From positions 8,333 through 72,332 of the forward strand of contig JAIRYE010000006.1 in NCBI GenBank assembly GCA_031267915.1: a DNA stretch of 64,000 nt, read 5' to 3'. How positions within the stretch are numbered: position 1 is the first letter of the stretch; each line of letters starts with the position of its first letter. Origin of the DNA: Puniceicoccales bacterium (GTDB lineage: Bacteria > Verrucomicrobiota > Verrucomicrobiia > Opitutales > JAIRKQ01). Both the position numbers and the translations under genes were made by a program. This document shows positions 49,963 through 58,557 of this stretch, piece after piece. The notes beneath the pieces are model-generated. The model was not told where the DNA came from. It saw nothing but the letters and a program-made list of their open reading frames with translations, and ran no database searches.

Positions 49963-50634
49963 ATGCAAAATTTTATAACCATTGCGGTGGATGGTGCGGC
50001 GGCCTCGGGAAAGACGTCAACATCTTTGCTGATAGCGAATAGGTACAATTTCCTGCTGGTGTCAACGGGGACGCACTACCGGGCATTTGCGCTGAAATTG
50101 AAGCAGGCCAGCGTGAGCAGCGGCGATACCGGGGGTATAGGTAATTTTCTGCGGAGCGTTGTCCTTGGAACGGAGGTCGATGGGAATGTTTCGGGGATTA
50201 CCATAGGCGGTGAAGATTTTGCCGGAGAAGATTTGCGCACCCGGGAGATAAATGAAGCAGTCGCTCAATATTCAGCCGTTGATAGCATCCGTAAATCTTT
50301 ATTTGTTTACCAAAGGTCGCAGATAGAAGTTGCACGGGAGCACGGATTTGGAGGTGTGATCATGGAAGGGCGTGACATAACCAGCGTGGTTCTACCGGAT
50401 GCGGATCTGAAGTTTTTTTTGGAAGCAAGCGCCGGCGAGCGTTCCCTCCGGAGAAAGAATGACAGGGAAAGCGATTTCATAGGCAAGCGGGACAAAATCG
50501 ATGGCGGGAGAATCGTTTGTGGCGCAGATGTTTTTAGGATTAATACGGGAACAAACGGGCTGAATGCTGTTGCCGCAATAATTTCTGAGAAAATCGACAA
50601 AATTCTACGGAAAGAAAATTCCTTCCGCCTATAG
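49963..50634 (+). CDS. cmk: Cytidylate kinase
   Basis: IAVDGAAASGKT, TG.HYRA, MEGRDITSVVLPDADLKFFL. Start placed at MQNF. Confidence 0.9.
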   Translation: MQNFITIAVDGAAASGKTSTSLLIANRYNFLLVSTGTHYRAFALKLKQASVSSGDTGGIGNFLRSVVLGTEVDGNVSGITIGGEDFAGEDLRTREINEAVAQYSAVDSIRKSLFVYQRSQIEVAREHGFGGVIMEGRDITSVVLPDADLKFFLEASAGERSLRRKNDRESDFIGKRDKIDGGRIVCGADVFRINTGTNGLNAVAAIISEKIDKILRKENSFRL

Positions 50635-51033
50635 GGTTAGGATAAAAATTCCCGAAATTATTACATTCCAAAGGGCAATATAAACCGCTGCACTGGCCGT
50701 GTCTTTTGCTTTTTTCGCCAGGGGAAATTTTTTGTTTTGAGCCGCAAAATTTACAATCGATTCGATTGCCGTGTTTAGACATTCTGCTATCAGCAGCAGG
50801 AAAAAATCGATAACCAGCAGTAAAAATTTCCAAGTCCAACCGAGGAACCAGAAACATATTGGCAGAACCACTATCCCGCAAACCAGCTCTACCCGGAACG
50901 GTCGCTCGTGCCTCATAAATCGCATGCCACTTATGGAATAGCTCAGAGGATTGACGACGTATCTCCAGAAAAAAATAACAAAAAGTCTAAAAAATTTTCT
51001 GCAAAATTTCCTTTGCACGCCTATAACTTTCAT
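50629..51033 (-). CDS. dgkA: Diacylglycerol kinase (DgkA family)
   Basis: HERPFRVE, ECLNTAIESIV, AKKAKDTASAAV; 3 TM. Start uncertain. Confidence 0.88.
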   Translation of the reverse strand: MKVIGVQRKFCRKFFRLFVIFFWRYVVNPLSYSISGMRFMRHERPFRVELVCGIVVLPICFWFLGWTWKFLLLVIDFFLLLIAECLNTAIESIVNFAAQNKKFPLAKKAKDTASAAVYIALWNVIISGIFILTL

Positions 51034-51068
51034 TAGTCCTTCCCCGAAGGTTAGAGTAGCAAATACCC

Positions 51069-53024
51069 ATGGAGCGAGAAAGACAAAGGAAGCAAAAAAG
51101 ACAAGAGCAAAATTATTGGAAGACACTTTTCCTCAAATTTGGACTGCTGCTTGCTATTTTTTCCGTCGCTCGTCTTTTGTTTTTCTTTTGCAACTGCAAA
51201 TTTTTCCAGGACGAAAGTCTCCGTAATATTATGCTGGCTTTCGCCGTTGGCCTAAGATTTGATCTGGCGATTATTGCAATTCTCAATGCCCCGATTTGGA
51301 TTTTTTGGACTTTGCCGCTCAGGTTTCGCTCCTGGAAAATTCCAAATATTCTGGCGGAAACCTGGTTCGTTGCATTTAATTTTTTGGCACTGATTGCGAA
51401 CGTCATAGATGCGAAATATTTTTCCTTCACATTCAGGCGTATGGGAGGTGAAATATTTAGCCAAGGGGTGATGCTGACGGAGGATTTTTACATATATTTA
51501 AACGTGCTGGCGCGCTACTGGTATGTCGCAGTGGTTGGGATGCTGCTGACGTGCGCGCTTTGCATGTGTCCGCGCAGACTTAGTTTTATTGGGAAATCCG
51601 ACAGAATCGAAGTGCGCGATTTTGGATATTTTTTTGCGGCGGTGGTACTTTTGATAATTTGTGTTCGCGGAGGATTTCAAAGGAAGCCTCTGAAGCCGGT
51701 GGATTCAAACATTTATGCGCCAACCCTGCAGATGGCTAGCCTGGTAAACAACACGGCATTTAATATTTTTCACACAAGGAAAAATGCAAGCCTGCCGCAG
51801 ATGAAGTATTTTGGTGTTGGAGACACTCGACTGGCAAAATTTTCGCCCAGACATGGAAGTGGAAATTTCTGTGATTCCTGCGAAGATTTTAGAGGGAAGA
51901 ATGTGTTCATAATAATTTTAGAAAGCTTTTCGGCGGAACACGTAGGTGCGCTTGACAGGCAATTCAAGGATAACAGGGACATTCCTTTTACCCCGTTTTT
52001 AGATTCGCTGCTGAAAAAAAGCTACGCTTTCGACGGTTTTGCGAATGGGGTAGTGTCCATAGACGCTTTGACTTCAATTACACTGGGGATCCCATGTCTC
52101 TTCGGATCGCCCTACATAACAAGTGCCTATGCGGAGAACGCAATGGTTCCTCTTCCGGCAATTTTGAGAAAGGATGGATACAAAACAATGTTTTTCTACG
52201 GCGGAAAAAGCAACTCATGCCACTTCAATAGCCTGAGAGTCAAGGCGCAAATTGAAGAATACTACTGCGAATATGACTACGATGGTCCGGAATCTGACAC
52301 GAAGGGGTGGGGTGTCTACGATGAGAAATTTTTTCAGTTTGTTGCGAGAAAGGTCAACGCATCGGAAAAGCCGTTCCTGGCGATCCTGTTCACGCTGTCG
52401 TCCCATCATCCGTATTTGTATCCGCAGGAGTTGCACGGCAAATTTCCAAAGGGCAGCGGGTCTGAGCCTCTGGAAGAACTTATTGCCTACACGGATTATT
52501 CGCTGCGAAAATTTTTTGAAACTGCGGAAAAGATGGACTGGTACAAAAATACCATATTCGTTCTTGTTGCGGATCACATAGCCGGCCCCCAGCAAAGGTA
52601 TTACAAAAACACTCTGGGCGGATATTCCATTCCGCTGATGTTTTTCGACCCCAATGGGAAACTGGTCGGGAAATCGGAAGAAGTTGCTCAGCAGATAGAT
52701 ATTATGCCTTCTCTTTTGGATCTAGTTGGGAGCAAACACAATTATTTTTCCTTCGGTTCAAGCCTATTTAATGGAGATGCCCCACGGTTTTCCATCAGCT
52801 ACAATAATGGAATTTATCAGATTATAACGAAGAAATTTGTTTGCAGATTTAATGGTGAACGTGTATCGGAATTGTACGAAAGGGAAGATTTTTTCCTGGA
52901 GAAAAATCTGGTGTCAGATCCGGTCTACGCTAGCCAAGTTGAAGATCTGGGAAATTTCATGAAAGCATTTTTGCAGCAATACAGTGAAAGCATCAGAAGC
53001 AATGACATGCTTACTGCGGATTAG
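51069..53024 (+). CDS. LTA synthase/OpgB-like sulfatase-fold membrane protein
   Basis: Five N-terminal TM (GLRFDL, RGGFQ..P), NVFIIILESFS, TPFLDSL, TLSSHHPY, VADH, QQIDIMPS. Confidence 0.88.
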   Translation: MERERQRKQKRQEQNYWKTLFLKFGLLLAIFSVARLLFFFCNCKFFQDESLRNIMLAFAVGLRFDLAIIAILNAPIWIFWTLPLRFRSWKIPNILAETWFVAFNFLALIANVIDAKYFSFTFRRMGGEIFSQGVMLTEDFYIYLNVLARYWYVAVVGMLLTCALCMCPRRLSFIGKSDRIEVRDFGYFFAAVVLLIICVRGGFQRKPLKPVDSNIYAPTLQMASLVNNTAFNIFHTRKNASLPQMKYFGVGDTRLAKFSPRHGSGNFCDSCEDFRGKNVFIIILESFSAEHVGALDRQFKDNRDIPFTPFLDSLLKKSYAFDGFANGVVSIDALTSITLGIPCLFGSPYITSAYAENAMVPLPAILRKDGYKTMFFYGGKSNSCHFNSLRVKAQIEEYYCEYDYDGPESDTKGWGVYDEKFFQFVARKVNASEKPFLAILFTLSSHHPYLYPQELHGKFPKGSGSEPLEELIAYTDYSLRKFFETAEKMDWYKNTIFVLVADHIAGPQQRYYKNTLGGYSIPLMFFDPNGKLVGKSEEVAQQIDIMPSLLDLVGSKHNYFSFGSSLFNGDAPRFSISYNNGIYQIITKKFVCRFNGERVSELYEREDFFLEKNLVSDPVYASQVEDLGNFMKAFLQQYSESIRSNDMLTAD

Positions 53025-53440
53025 AGCAAAGACACATGAAATGCGAAGATGCTGCGGCTGAGGGGAAAATTTTACTCTTTGCCGGCGAACATTTTCACCT
53101 AATTAAATCGGGAGTGTTGCGGAGAAAACTGTGTGGTGTTTTAAAATTTTTCATTTTCATTTCACGATTGCTTCCGCTGTGCTTAGCAACAAGCCATTGG
53201 ATATTTCCGCAAATGCAGTGATGGATGCAATTTTGAATGTTTGCTTTCCGATGATGGGCTAGCAATTTTTACCGCGATTGACGGAATTATAATTTTTATT
53301 TGGCGACTTTCTTTGCGATTACGGTTTCAGGTGCGCCGATAATCTTTTGTTTGAAACTGGCTTCCGCAACGCCTCCGTACGCAACAGGGCGTGCTAGACG
53401 GTTGCGTGGTGGAAATTTTTTAATGCGTGAAGTGCTTGTT

Positions 53441-53977
53441 TTACTGTTCGCCTGCTTTTATGCTCTGCCGAACAAAGATAGACTTGTCGATTTTTTCAAA
53501 AAAGCGAATGTAAAACTTGGAGTCCATTAGGGCATAGCTACTTTCATTGGCACCACCGAATTCATTGAAAGTCTTTTTGTTGGTGACAAAGCTTACGCGT
53601 ATTGACACTCTGTTATTCCCGAGTTCCTCCACGTGGGCGGTTCCGGTATCCCAGGTTGATTCGGAATTGGGTGCGCTTAAAAGCAACGAATCTTGAAATC
53701 TGAGCCGATGAGATTCGTTTGATGTGATGCTGCTTTTCGCTATGACCAGCCCCATCGCCGAATCCGATGTTTGAATGATGAATCCCAGGTCCTGAAAGAC
53801 ATCTATGACAGCCGCAAAAGCAATTTTATAGGAGCAATAGAATTCGCGGGTTTGCATTGTTTGAATGTCAATGCTGGTGCGTGGTGTTCCCCCCTCCGAA
53901 GAGTCATCCAGCAGAAGGCATCCTCCGCAAATGCATGCGGACATGAATAGTGATGAAACAAAAAATATTCTCAGCAT
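53441..53977 (-). CDS. Putative lipoprotein
   Basis: Lipobox-like ICGGC; MQTREF, VFQDLGFII, FY..FF.KIDKSIF. Confidence 0.75.
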   Translation of the reverse strand: MLRIFFVSSLFMSACICGGCLLLDDSSEGGTPRTSIDIQTMQTREFYCSYKIAFAAVIDVFQDLGFIIQTSDSAMGLVIAKSSITSNESHRLRFQDSLLLSAPNSESTWDTGTAHVEELGNNRVSIRVSFVTNKKTFNEFGGANESSYALMDSKFYIRFFEKIDKSIFVRQSIKAGEQ

Positions 53978-53989
53978 ATAAAACAGTGG

Positions 53990-54400
53990 TTAAAACGACG
54001 TTGTTCTATAGGAAAAATCAGACACCCTTGCGTCCAAGTCAAAGTGGATGACTATTGTCAGTGTGCGCTCCTCCGACGATCCTGTCCTCCTCGCCGAATG
54101 CGTACCAAAAATTATAAGATTAAGTCCCCCATCGGATGCCCGTGTTTCGTATTCCGAGTGAATTTTGTCGTATACCCAAGTTTCGCAGCCTTCAGCATTT
54201 TTGGTGACCATATTTGGAGAGCCAAGGGCTTCAATGACCTCATAGGAATACATTCCCTTTTTTACGAATCGTTGAACGGTTCCGATTGTCACTTGATCGG
54301 GGGGAGAGGCATAGGTATAGTTGTGGGGTTGCTCTGTTTCGCAGCCCGATATAAAAAATACAAGACTTGCAAATAGAAAAATTCTTATAAACGGCTTCAC
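53990..54400 (-). CDS. Putative lipoprotein, BamE/SmpA-like fold
   Basis: Lipobox ISGC; KKGM...EVIEALGSPN...ETWVY; TLTIVIHFD. Confidence 0.75.
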   Translation of the reverse strand: MKPFIRIFLFASLVFFISGCETEQPHNYTYASPPDQVTIGTVQRFVKKGMYSYEVIEALGSPNMVTKNAEGCETWVYDKIHSEYETRASDGGLNLIIFGTHSARRTGSSEERTLTIVIHFDLDARVSDFSYRTTSF

Positions 54401-54597
54401 ACCAATATCACTAGCGATTTATTAATTTTGTCAAGAAATCGTTCTGGGAAAAATTGTGAGTTTTGCTGAACTTGGGTTGCGGAGTGAATTTTTGGATTTC
54501 AGGGGCAGTGTTTTACAATTTTGCTATAAACTGGAAAAGCTTAAAAAATTATTGCTTATTTTGATTTTTAAAACAAGTTCTCGAAAATCAAGGTTCT

Positions 54598-55767
54598 ATG
54601 GAAGAGTTAAGCGGTAATGTTTTGATTTTACAGATGGGAAAAGCATCGGCTATCACAAATGCAATATTGGGTGCGCTGGTCAAAAAAGCATTGAACTATG
54701 ACTGCATAGGAGAAATTTACGGTTGCGTTGGCGGAATTCAGGGTTTGCTGAGTGGGCAATTTATTGATTTGGCAGAACAGCACCAAAAAAATATATCCAA
54801 CCTCACTGGAACTCCGGGAGCAGCGCTGAAGACAGTAGTTTACGATGAAATTGAATTCGGAAAGCTTGTGGAAATTTTACAAAAGTACAACGTCCGCTTC
54901 CTGTTCATCATAGGAGATAGTTCCGTTGCCGGTAAGTGTGCCGAATTGAGTAACTTCATAAAGAGATCCAATTACGAAATGCGCCTGATGCTGATTCCGA
55001 CTTCCTCGGACAACGCCACGCAGTTGACGGATCATTGCCTGGGATATGGTTCAATGGCAAAGCATTTGGCAGTGACAGCAAAGAGCGTTATTACCAATGT
55101 GCAATCGAAACAGCCGAATGGAGCCATAACTATACTTGAACTGAAAGGGTGCAGCAGTGAGTGGCTAATTGCTTCCCTATCTCTCATGCGGTCGCGAAAG
55201 GACAGCGGCGCTGCTCCGCATTTAATAATTCTTTCAAAATTCGATGAGGGCACTTTCGTGAAGAATATACACAAGTCGATAAAAAGCATCGGGCACTGCG
55301 TAATCGCCATAGGGGATAAGCTGACTGACGCAAGGGGAGAAAATTTGGCCGTCCAGCACAGAGCAGCGGAACACATAGAATTTATTGCCAGGGCAAATTT
55401 CGGGGTTCAAGTGGATTTGATAGCTCTGAGTGACTGGGAGCTCACATCGTGCATGACGCTATCCGAAACTGACGTCACTGAGTCGGAATTGTGTGCGCAA
55501 AAAGCACTGGAGCTTGCCGTTGCCAGTGGAATCAGTGGAAAAATGATCACGCTTCTGCGCGCCGATGAAAACAAGTACTCTTCGGAGGTGAATTGCGTGG
55601 ATTTTGAAAACATTTCAGCCAATGTTAAAGAATTTCCTGAGTCCTGGTATGACTACGAAAGCATGTCACTTGACGCCGCATTTTTCAGATACGCAGCGCC
55701 GCTGATTCTGGGGGAAGTAAAGTATGTCTATGACAGTGGATTGCCAGTTTTTGCGCAATTGGTGTAG
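54598..55767 (+). CDS. Phosphofructokinase-family protein with degenerate catalytic motifs
   Basis: Overall PfkA/PPi-PFK layout (GNVLI.Q, EIYG..GGI.G, TPGAAL, TDHC.GYGS.AK, F..YA.PLI.GE), but the GGP, GGND, KTIDND and MGR motifs are altered. Confidence 0.8.
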   Translation: MEELSGNVLILQMGKASAITNAILGALVKKALNYDCIGEIYGCVGGIQGLLSGQFIDLAEQHQKNISNLTGTPGAALKTVVYDEIEFGKLVEILQKYNVRFLFIIGDSSVAGKCAELSNFIKRSNYEMRLMLIPTSSDNATQLTDHCLGYGSMAKHLAVTAKSVITNVQSKQPNGAITILELKGCSSEWLIASLSLMRSRKDSGAAPHLIILSKFDEGTFVKNIHKSIKSIGHCVIAIGDKLTDARGENLAVQHRAAEHIEFIARANFGVQVDLIALSDWELTSCMTLSETDVTESELCAQKALELAVASGISGKMITLLRADENKYSSEVNCVDFENISANVKEFPESWYDYESMSLDAAFFRYAAPLILGEVKYVYDSGLPVFAQLV

Positions 55768-55769
55768 TG

Positions 55770-56750
55770 CTATTTGCATTTGAGAGTTTCAACGTAGGCG
55801 GCGAAGGCTATCATTGCTGCGTTGTCACCGCTGTGCTGAGGAAGAGGGCAGATGAATTTTTTGCTGAATCTTTCCGCCAGTGCGAATATCCTGCTGCGCA
55901 AGGTTTCGTTATTTGAAACGCCACCGCTAATTCCAAGACTTTTGCAGCGGGGATAGGCGGCGAGTGCATGTTCGACTTTCCTGCTGAGCATGTCGATGAT
56001 TGCTTCCTGGTAGGAGGCGCAAATATCACTGCTGTGGTGCTGAATGCTTCCGTTGAATTTTTCCAGGAAATATCGCAGGCTAGTCTTTAGCCCGGAAAAA
56101 CTAAATTTCATGTCCAATTTGCTGGGAAATGCTCTGGGGAAGTGATATTTTTTCGGATCGCCAAGTTTGGCAAACTTTTCAATCAGGGCGCCGCCGGGGT
56201 AGGGTAGGCCGAGTAATTTTGCGCCCTTATCGAATGCCTCTCCGGCTGCATCGTCCTGGGTTTCTGCGATGATTGTAAATTCAAGGCTTTCCGCTATTTC
56301 GCATAGAATTGTGTTTCCGCCGGATACCAGTAGCCCTAGAGATGGTAAAAATTCCTTCAAATTGGAATGGAAATGCTCCGGATCGCTGCCGTGAACTTGA
56401 ATAAATGGAGAAAGCAAGTGGCCGTGAAGATGATCGATTTCGACAACCGGTATGTTTAGAATTAGAGACAGTGCTCTGGCTGCGGCGAGACCTATGTTCA
56501 GACATCCCGGAAGTCCTGGCTTTGCCGTCGCTGCTATTGACTTTGCCTCAGCTGTGCCGAAGCATTTCAAATGCTCGAGTAGCGGAATGAAATTCTTTAC
56601 GTGTTCGCGGGATGCCAGATCGGGAACAACACCGCCGTATTCGCTGTGCAGTTTAATCTGCGACGCGATTTCCTCAAACACAATTCCCGATGACTCTTCG
56701 AATAAGGCGACTGCGGATTCATCGCACGAGCTTTCTATCCCAATTATCAT
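55770..56750 (-). CDS. tsaD: tRNA N6-adenosine threonylcarbamoyltransferase
   Basis: GIESSCDE, YGGVVPDLASREH, HLHGH, VSGG, DDAAGEAFDK, FSFSGLKT, DNAAMIA. Confidence 0.96.
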   Translation of the reverse strand: MIIGIESSCDESAVALFEESSGIVFEEIASQIKLHSEYGGVVPDLASREHVKNFIPLLEHLKCFGTAEAKSIAATAKPGLPGCLNIGLAAARALSLILNIPVVEIDHLHGHLLSPFIQVHGSDPEHFHSNLKEFLPSLGLLVSGGNTILCEIAESLEFTIIAETQDDAAGEAFDKGAKLLGLPYPGGALIEKFAKLGDPKKYHFPRAFPSKLDMKFSFSGLKTSLRYFLEKFNGSIQHHSSDICASYQEAIIDMLSRKVEHALAAYPRCKSLGISGGVSNNETLRSRIFALAERFSKKFICPLPQHSGDNAAMIAFAAYVETLKCK

Positions 56751-56893
56751 GAAATTTGTTAAGATCTCCCAAAAAAAATCTTGTCAGTATCGATTTTATG
56801 TGCAGCGTCCAGACTAATTGTTAATTTTACCTAAAAATCCAGGGATGCTTGGTGGCGAATGGTTCGCGGCCTTGCGGAATGGAGAAAGAGAAT

Positions 56894-57724
56894 ATGAGAA
56901 CCTCACCCCAGGAATTGTTCGAAGCCGGAGTACACATCGGGCACCAGAGAAAACGGTGGAATCCGAAGACATTGCCCTATATTTTTGATCACCGCAATGG
57001 AATAACGATCATTGATCTCGTGAAGACGTGTGAGCAGGTTGAAAAGGCGTGCGATACTGTCAAAAATGTCGTCTCCGGAGGGGGAAACATCTGGTTCATA
57101 GGCACAAAGAAACAGGCGAATGACGTTGTTAAAGAGGGTGCAATGTCTGTTGAGATGCCATTTTGCGTGAATCGCTGGGTTGGTGGCACGCTGACGAATT
57201 TTCAGACCATTGAACGCAGCTTGAACAAGTACAGAAAATTTCTAAAAATGGATGAGGCCGGTGAGATAGCAAAGATGTTCAAAAAGGAAGGTGCAGCGAT
57301 TCGCCGTGAAATGGCACGCATGCACAGTACTTTTGAGGGATTGATGCAGATCGAGGGATTGCCGGAAGCTTTGTTTGTCGTCGACGTGATGCACGAATAC
57401 ATTTCCGTTTTAGAGGCGAAGAAAATCGGCATTCCCGTGATTGCCATCGTTGACACCAATTCGGATCCGACCCTGGTGGACTATCCAATTATGTGCAATG
57501 ATGATTCGGGGAGGGCAATAAGAATGATCGTTGGATTGCTGCTTGAGGGAATTCAGGAGGGCATAGCAATTAGAGGCGAGCGCAAATCGTCAAAGAAAAA
57601 GCTGCTATCCGCAGGTGATTTGGTGCAAATTGTGCCGGAGGTTTCGATATCCCAGGAAATTGTTGATGAAATGTCGGCTGCGGCCGCTGCTCAGCGAGTT
57701 GAAACTGAAGTGGTAGAAAATTAG
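56894..57724 (+). CDS. rpsB: 30S ribosomal protein S2
   Basis: LFEAGVHIGH...WNPK, GTKKQA, RWVGGTLTN, DTNSDP, NDD. Start placed at ATG 56894 after GGAG. Confidence 0.97.
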   Translation: MRTSPQELFEAGVHIGHQRKRWNPKTLPYIFDHRNGITIIDLVKTCEQVEKACDTVKNVVSGGGNIWFIGTKKQANDVVKEGAMSVEMPFCVNRWVGGTLTNFQTIERSLNKYRKFLKMDEAGEIAKMFKKEGAAIRREMARMHSTFEGLMQIEGLPEALFVVDVMHEYISVLEAKKIGIPVIAIVDTNSDPTLVDYPIMCNDDSGRAIRMIVGLLLEGIQEGIAIRGERKSSKKKLLSAGDLVQIVPEVSISQEIVDEMSAAAAAQRVETEVVEN

Positions 57725-57736
57725 TGGGGAGGTGTT

Positions 57737-58321
57737 ATGGAAATTAGTGCAAAGATTGTAAATGAGCTGCGGCAGCGTTCGGGTGCCGGAATGATGGAAT
57801 GCAAAAAAGCTCTGGTCGAAGCCAGCGGCGACATGGAGCAGGCGATTTTAATTTTGAAGAGGAAGGGTATTTCCAATGCCGCTAAAAAAGCGGGACGTGA
57901 GGCCAGCGAAGGAGTAATTCAATCCTACATCCACAATGGTGGACGCGTGGGAGTTTTGCTGGAATTAAACTGCGAGACCGATTTTGTTGCCAAGAATGAA
58001 ATTTTTCAGCAGCTGGCGAAGGATATTTGCATGCACATTGCCGCAATGTCTCCAGCCTACGTTTCCGCCGATGAAATACCGGATGAGCTCGAGGAAAAAG
58101 AGCGGAGTATCGCCATTGAACAGTGTGCGGGGAAGCCGGAAAACGCGATTGAAAAAATCGTTGCCGGGAAAGTCGCAAAGTGGCACAGTGAAGTTTGTCT
58201 GCTGGACCAGCCTTTTATCAAAGATCAGCAGAATTCAGTTGGAACCTACATTTCACAGGCGATCGCACAGATCGGTGAAAACATCAAAGTCAGGCGCTTT
58301 ACGCGCTACCAGATCGGATAG
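57737..58321 (+). CDS. tsf: Elongation factor Ts (short form)
   Basis: [29 protein letters not shown]; GGAGG RBS. Confidence 0.97.
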   Translation: MEISAKIVNELRQRSGAGMMECKKALVEASGDMEQAILILKRKGISNAAKKAGREASEGVIQSYIHNGGRVGVLLELNCETDFVAKNEIFQQLAKDICMHIAAMSPAYVSADEIPDELEEKERSIAIEQCAGKPENAIEKIVAGKVAKWHSEVCLLDQPFIKDQQNSVGTYISQAIAQIGENIKVRRFTRYQIG

Positions 58322-58392
58322 CTCGGAAAACGTTCCGGAAGTTCCCCGGGGGGACATTTTGCGCAAAAATTTTCAGCCCAGGAGGGCGTAGA

Positions 58393-58504
58393 TTTGCGAT
58401 CAAAAAATTAGTTTTTAAAGCTGTCAGGTGGCATTCTGGAGTTTCACAGGAAGATATCCTCGATTATTTGTGGCAAAATAGCTGGAGCGCCAGTCTGCAA
58501 TTAA
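58393..58504 (+). pseudogene. pyrH: Probable 5' remnant of uridylate kinase
   Basis: Removing one T from the T5 run (58412-58416) gives FAIKKLVLKLSGGIL, matching the PyrH N-terminal (K/R)xxLKLSG motif at the position after tsf where pyrH normally lies. No start codon; stop at 58502-58504. Confidence 0.45.
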
Positions 58505-58511
58505 AATCTCA

Positions 58512-58539
58512 TTGATTTTGTAAAAATTTATGCCATATT
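58512..58539 (+). promoter_or_regulatory. Promoter of the orphan gene at 58558 (motif shared with 60781-60808)
   Basis: TTGATT-N16-CATATT with extended TG; GGAG SD follows. Confidence 0.6.
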
Positions 58540-58557
58540 TCCTGCTTGGAGATTAGT

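Noticed and set aside
58322-58375. Cluster of short palindromes after tsf (TTCCGGAA, TCCCCGGGGGGA, TTTTGCGCAAAA)
   Set aside because: No clean hairpin plus U tract and no repeat elsewhere; insufficient to call a terminator or REP element.
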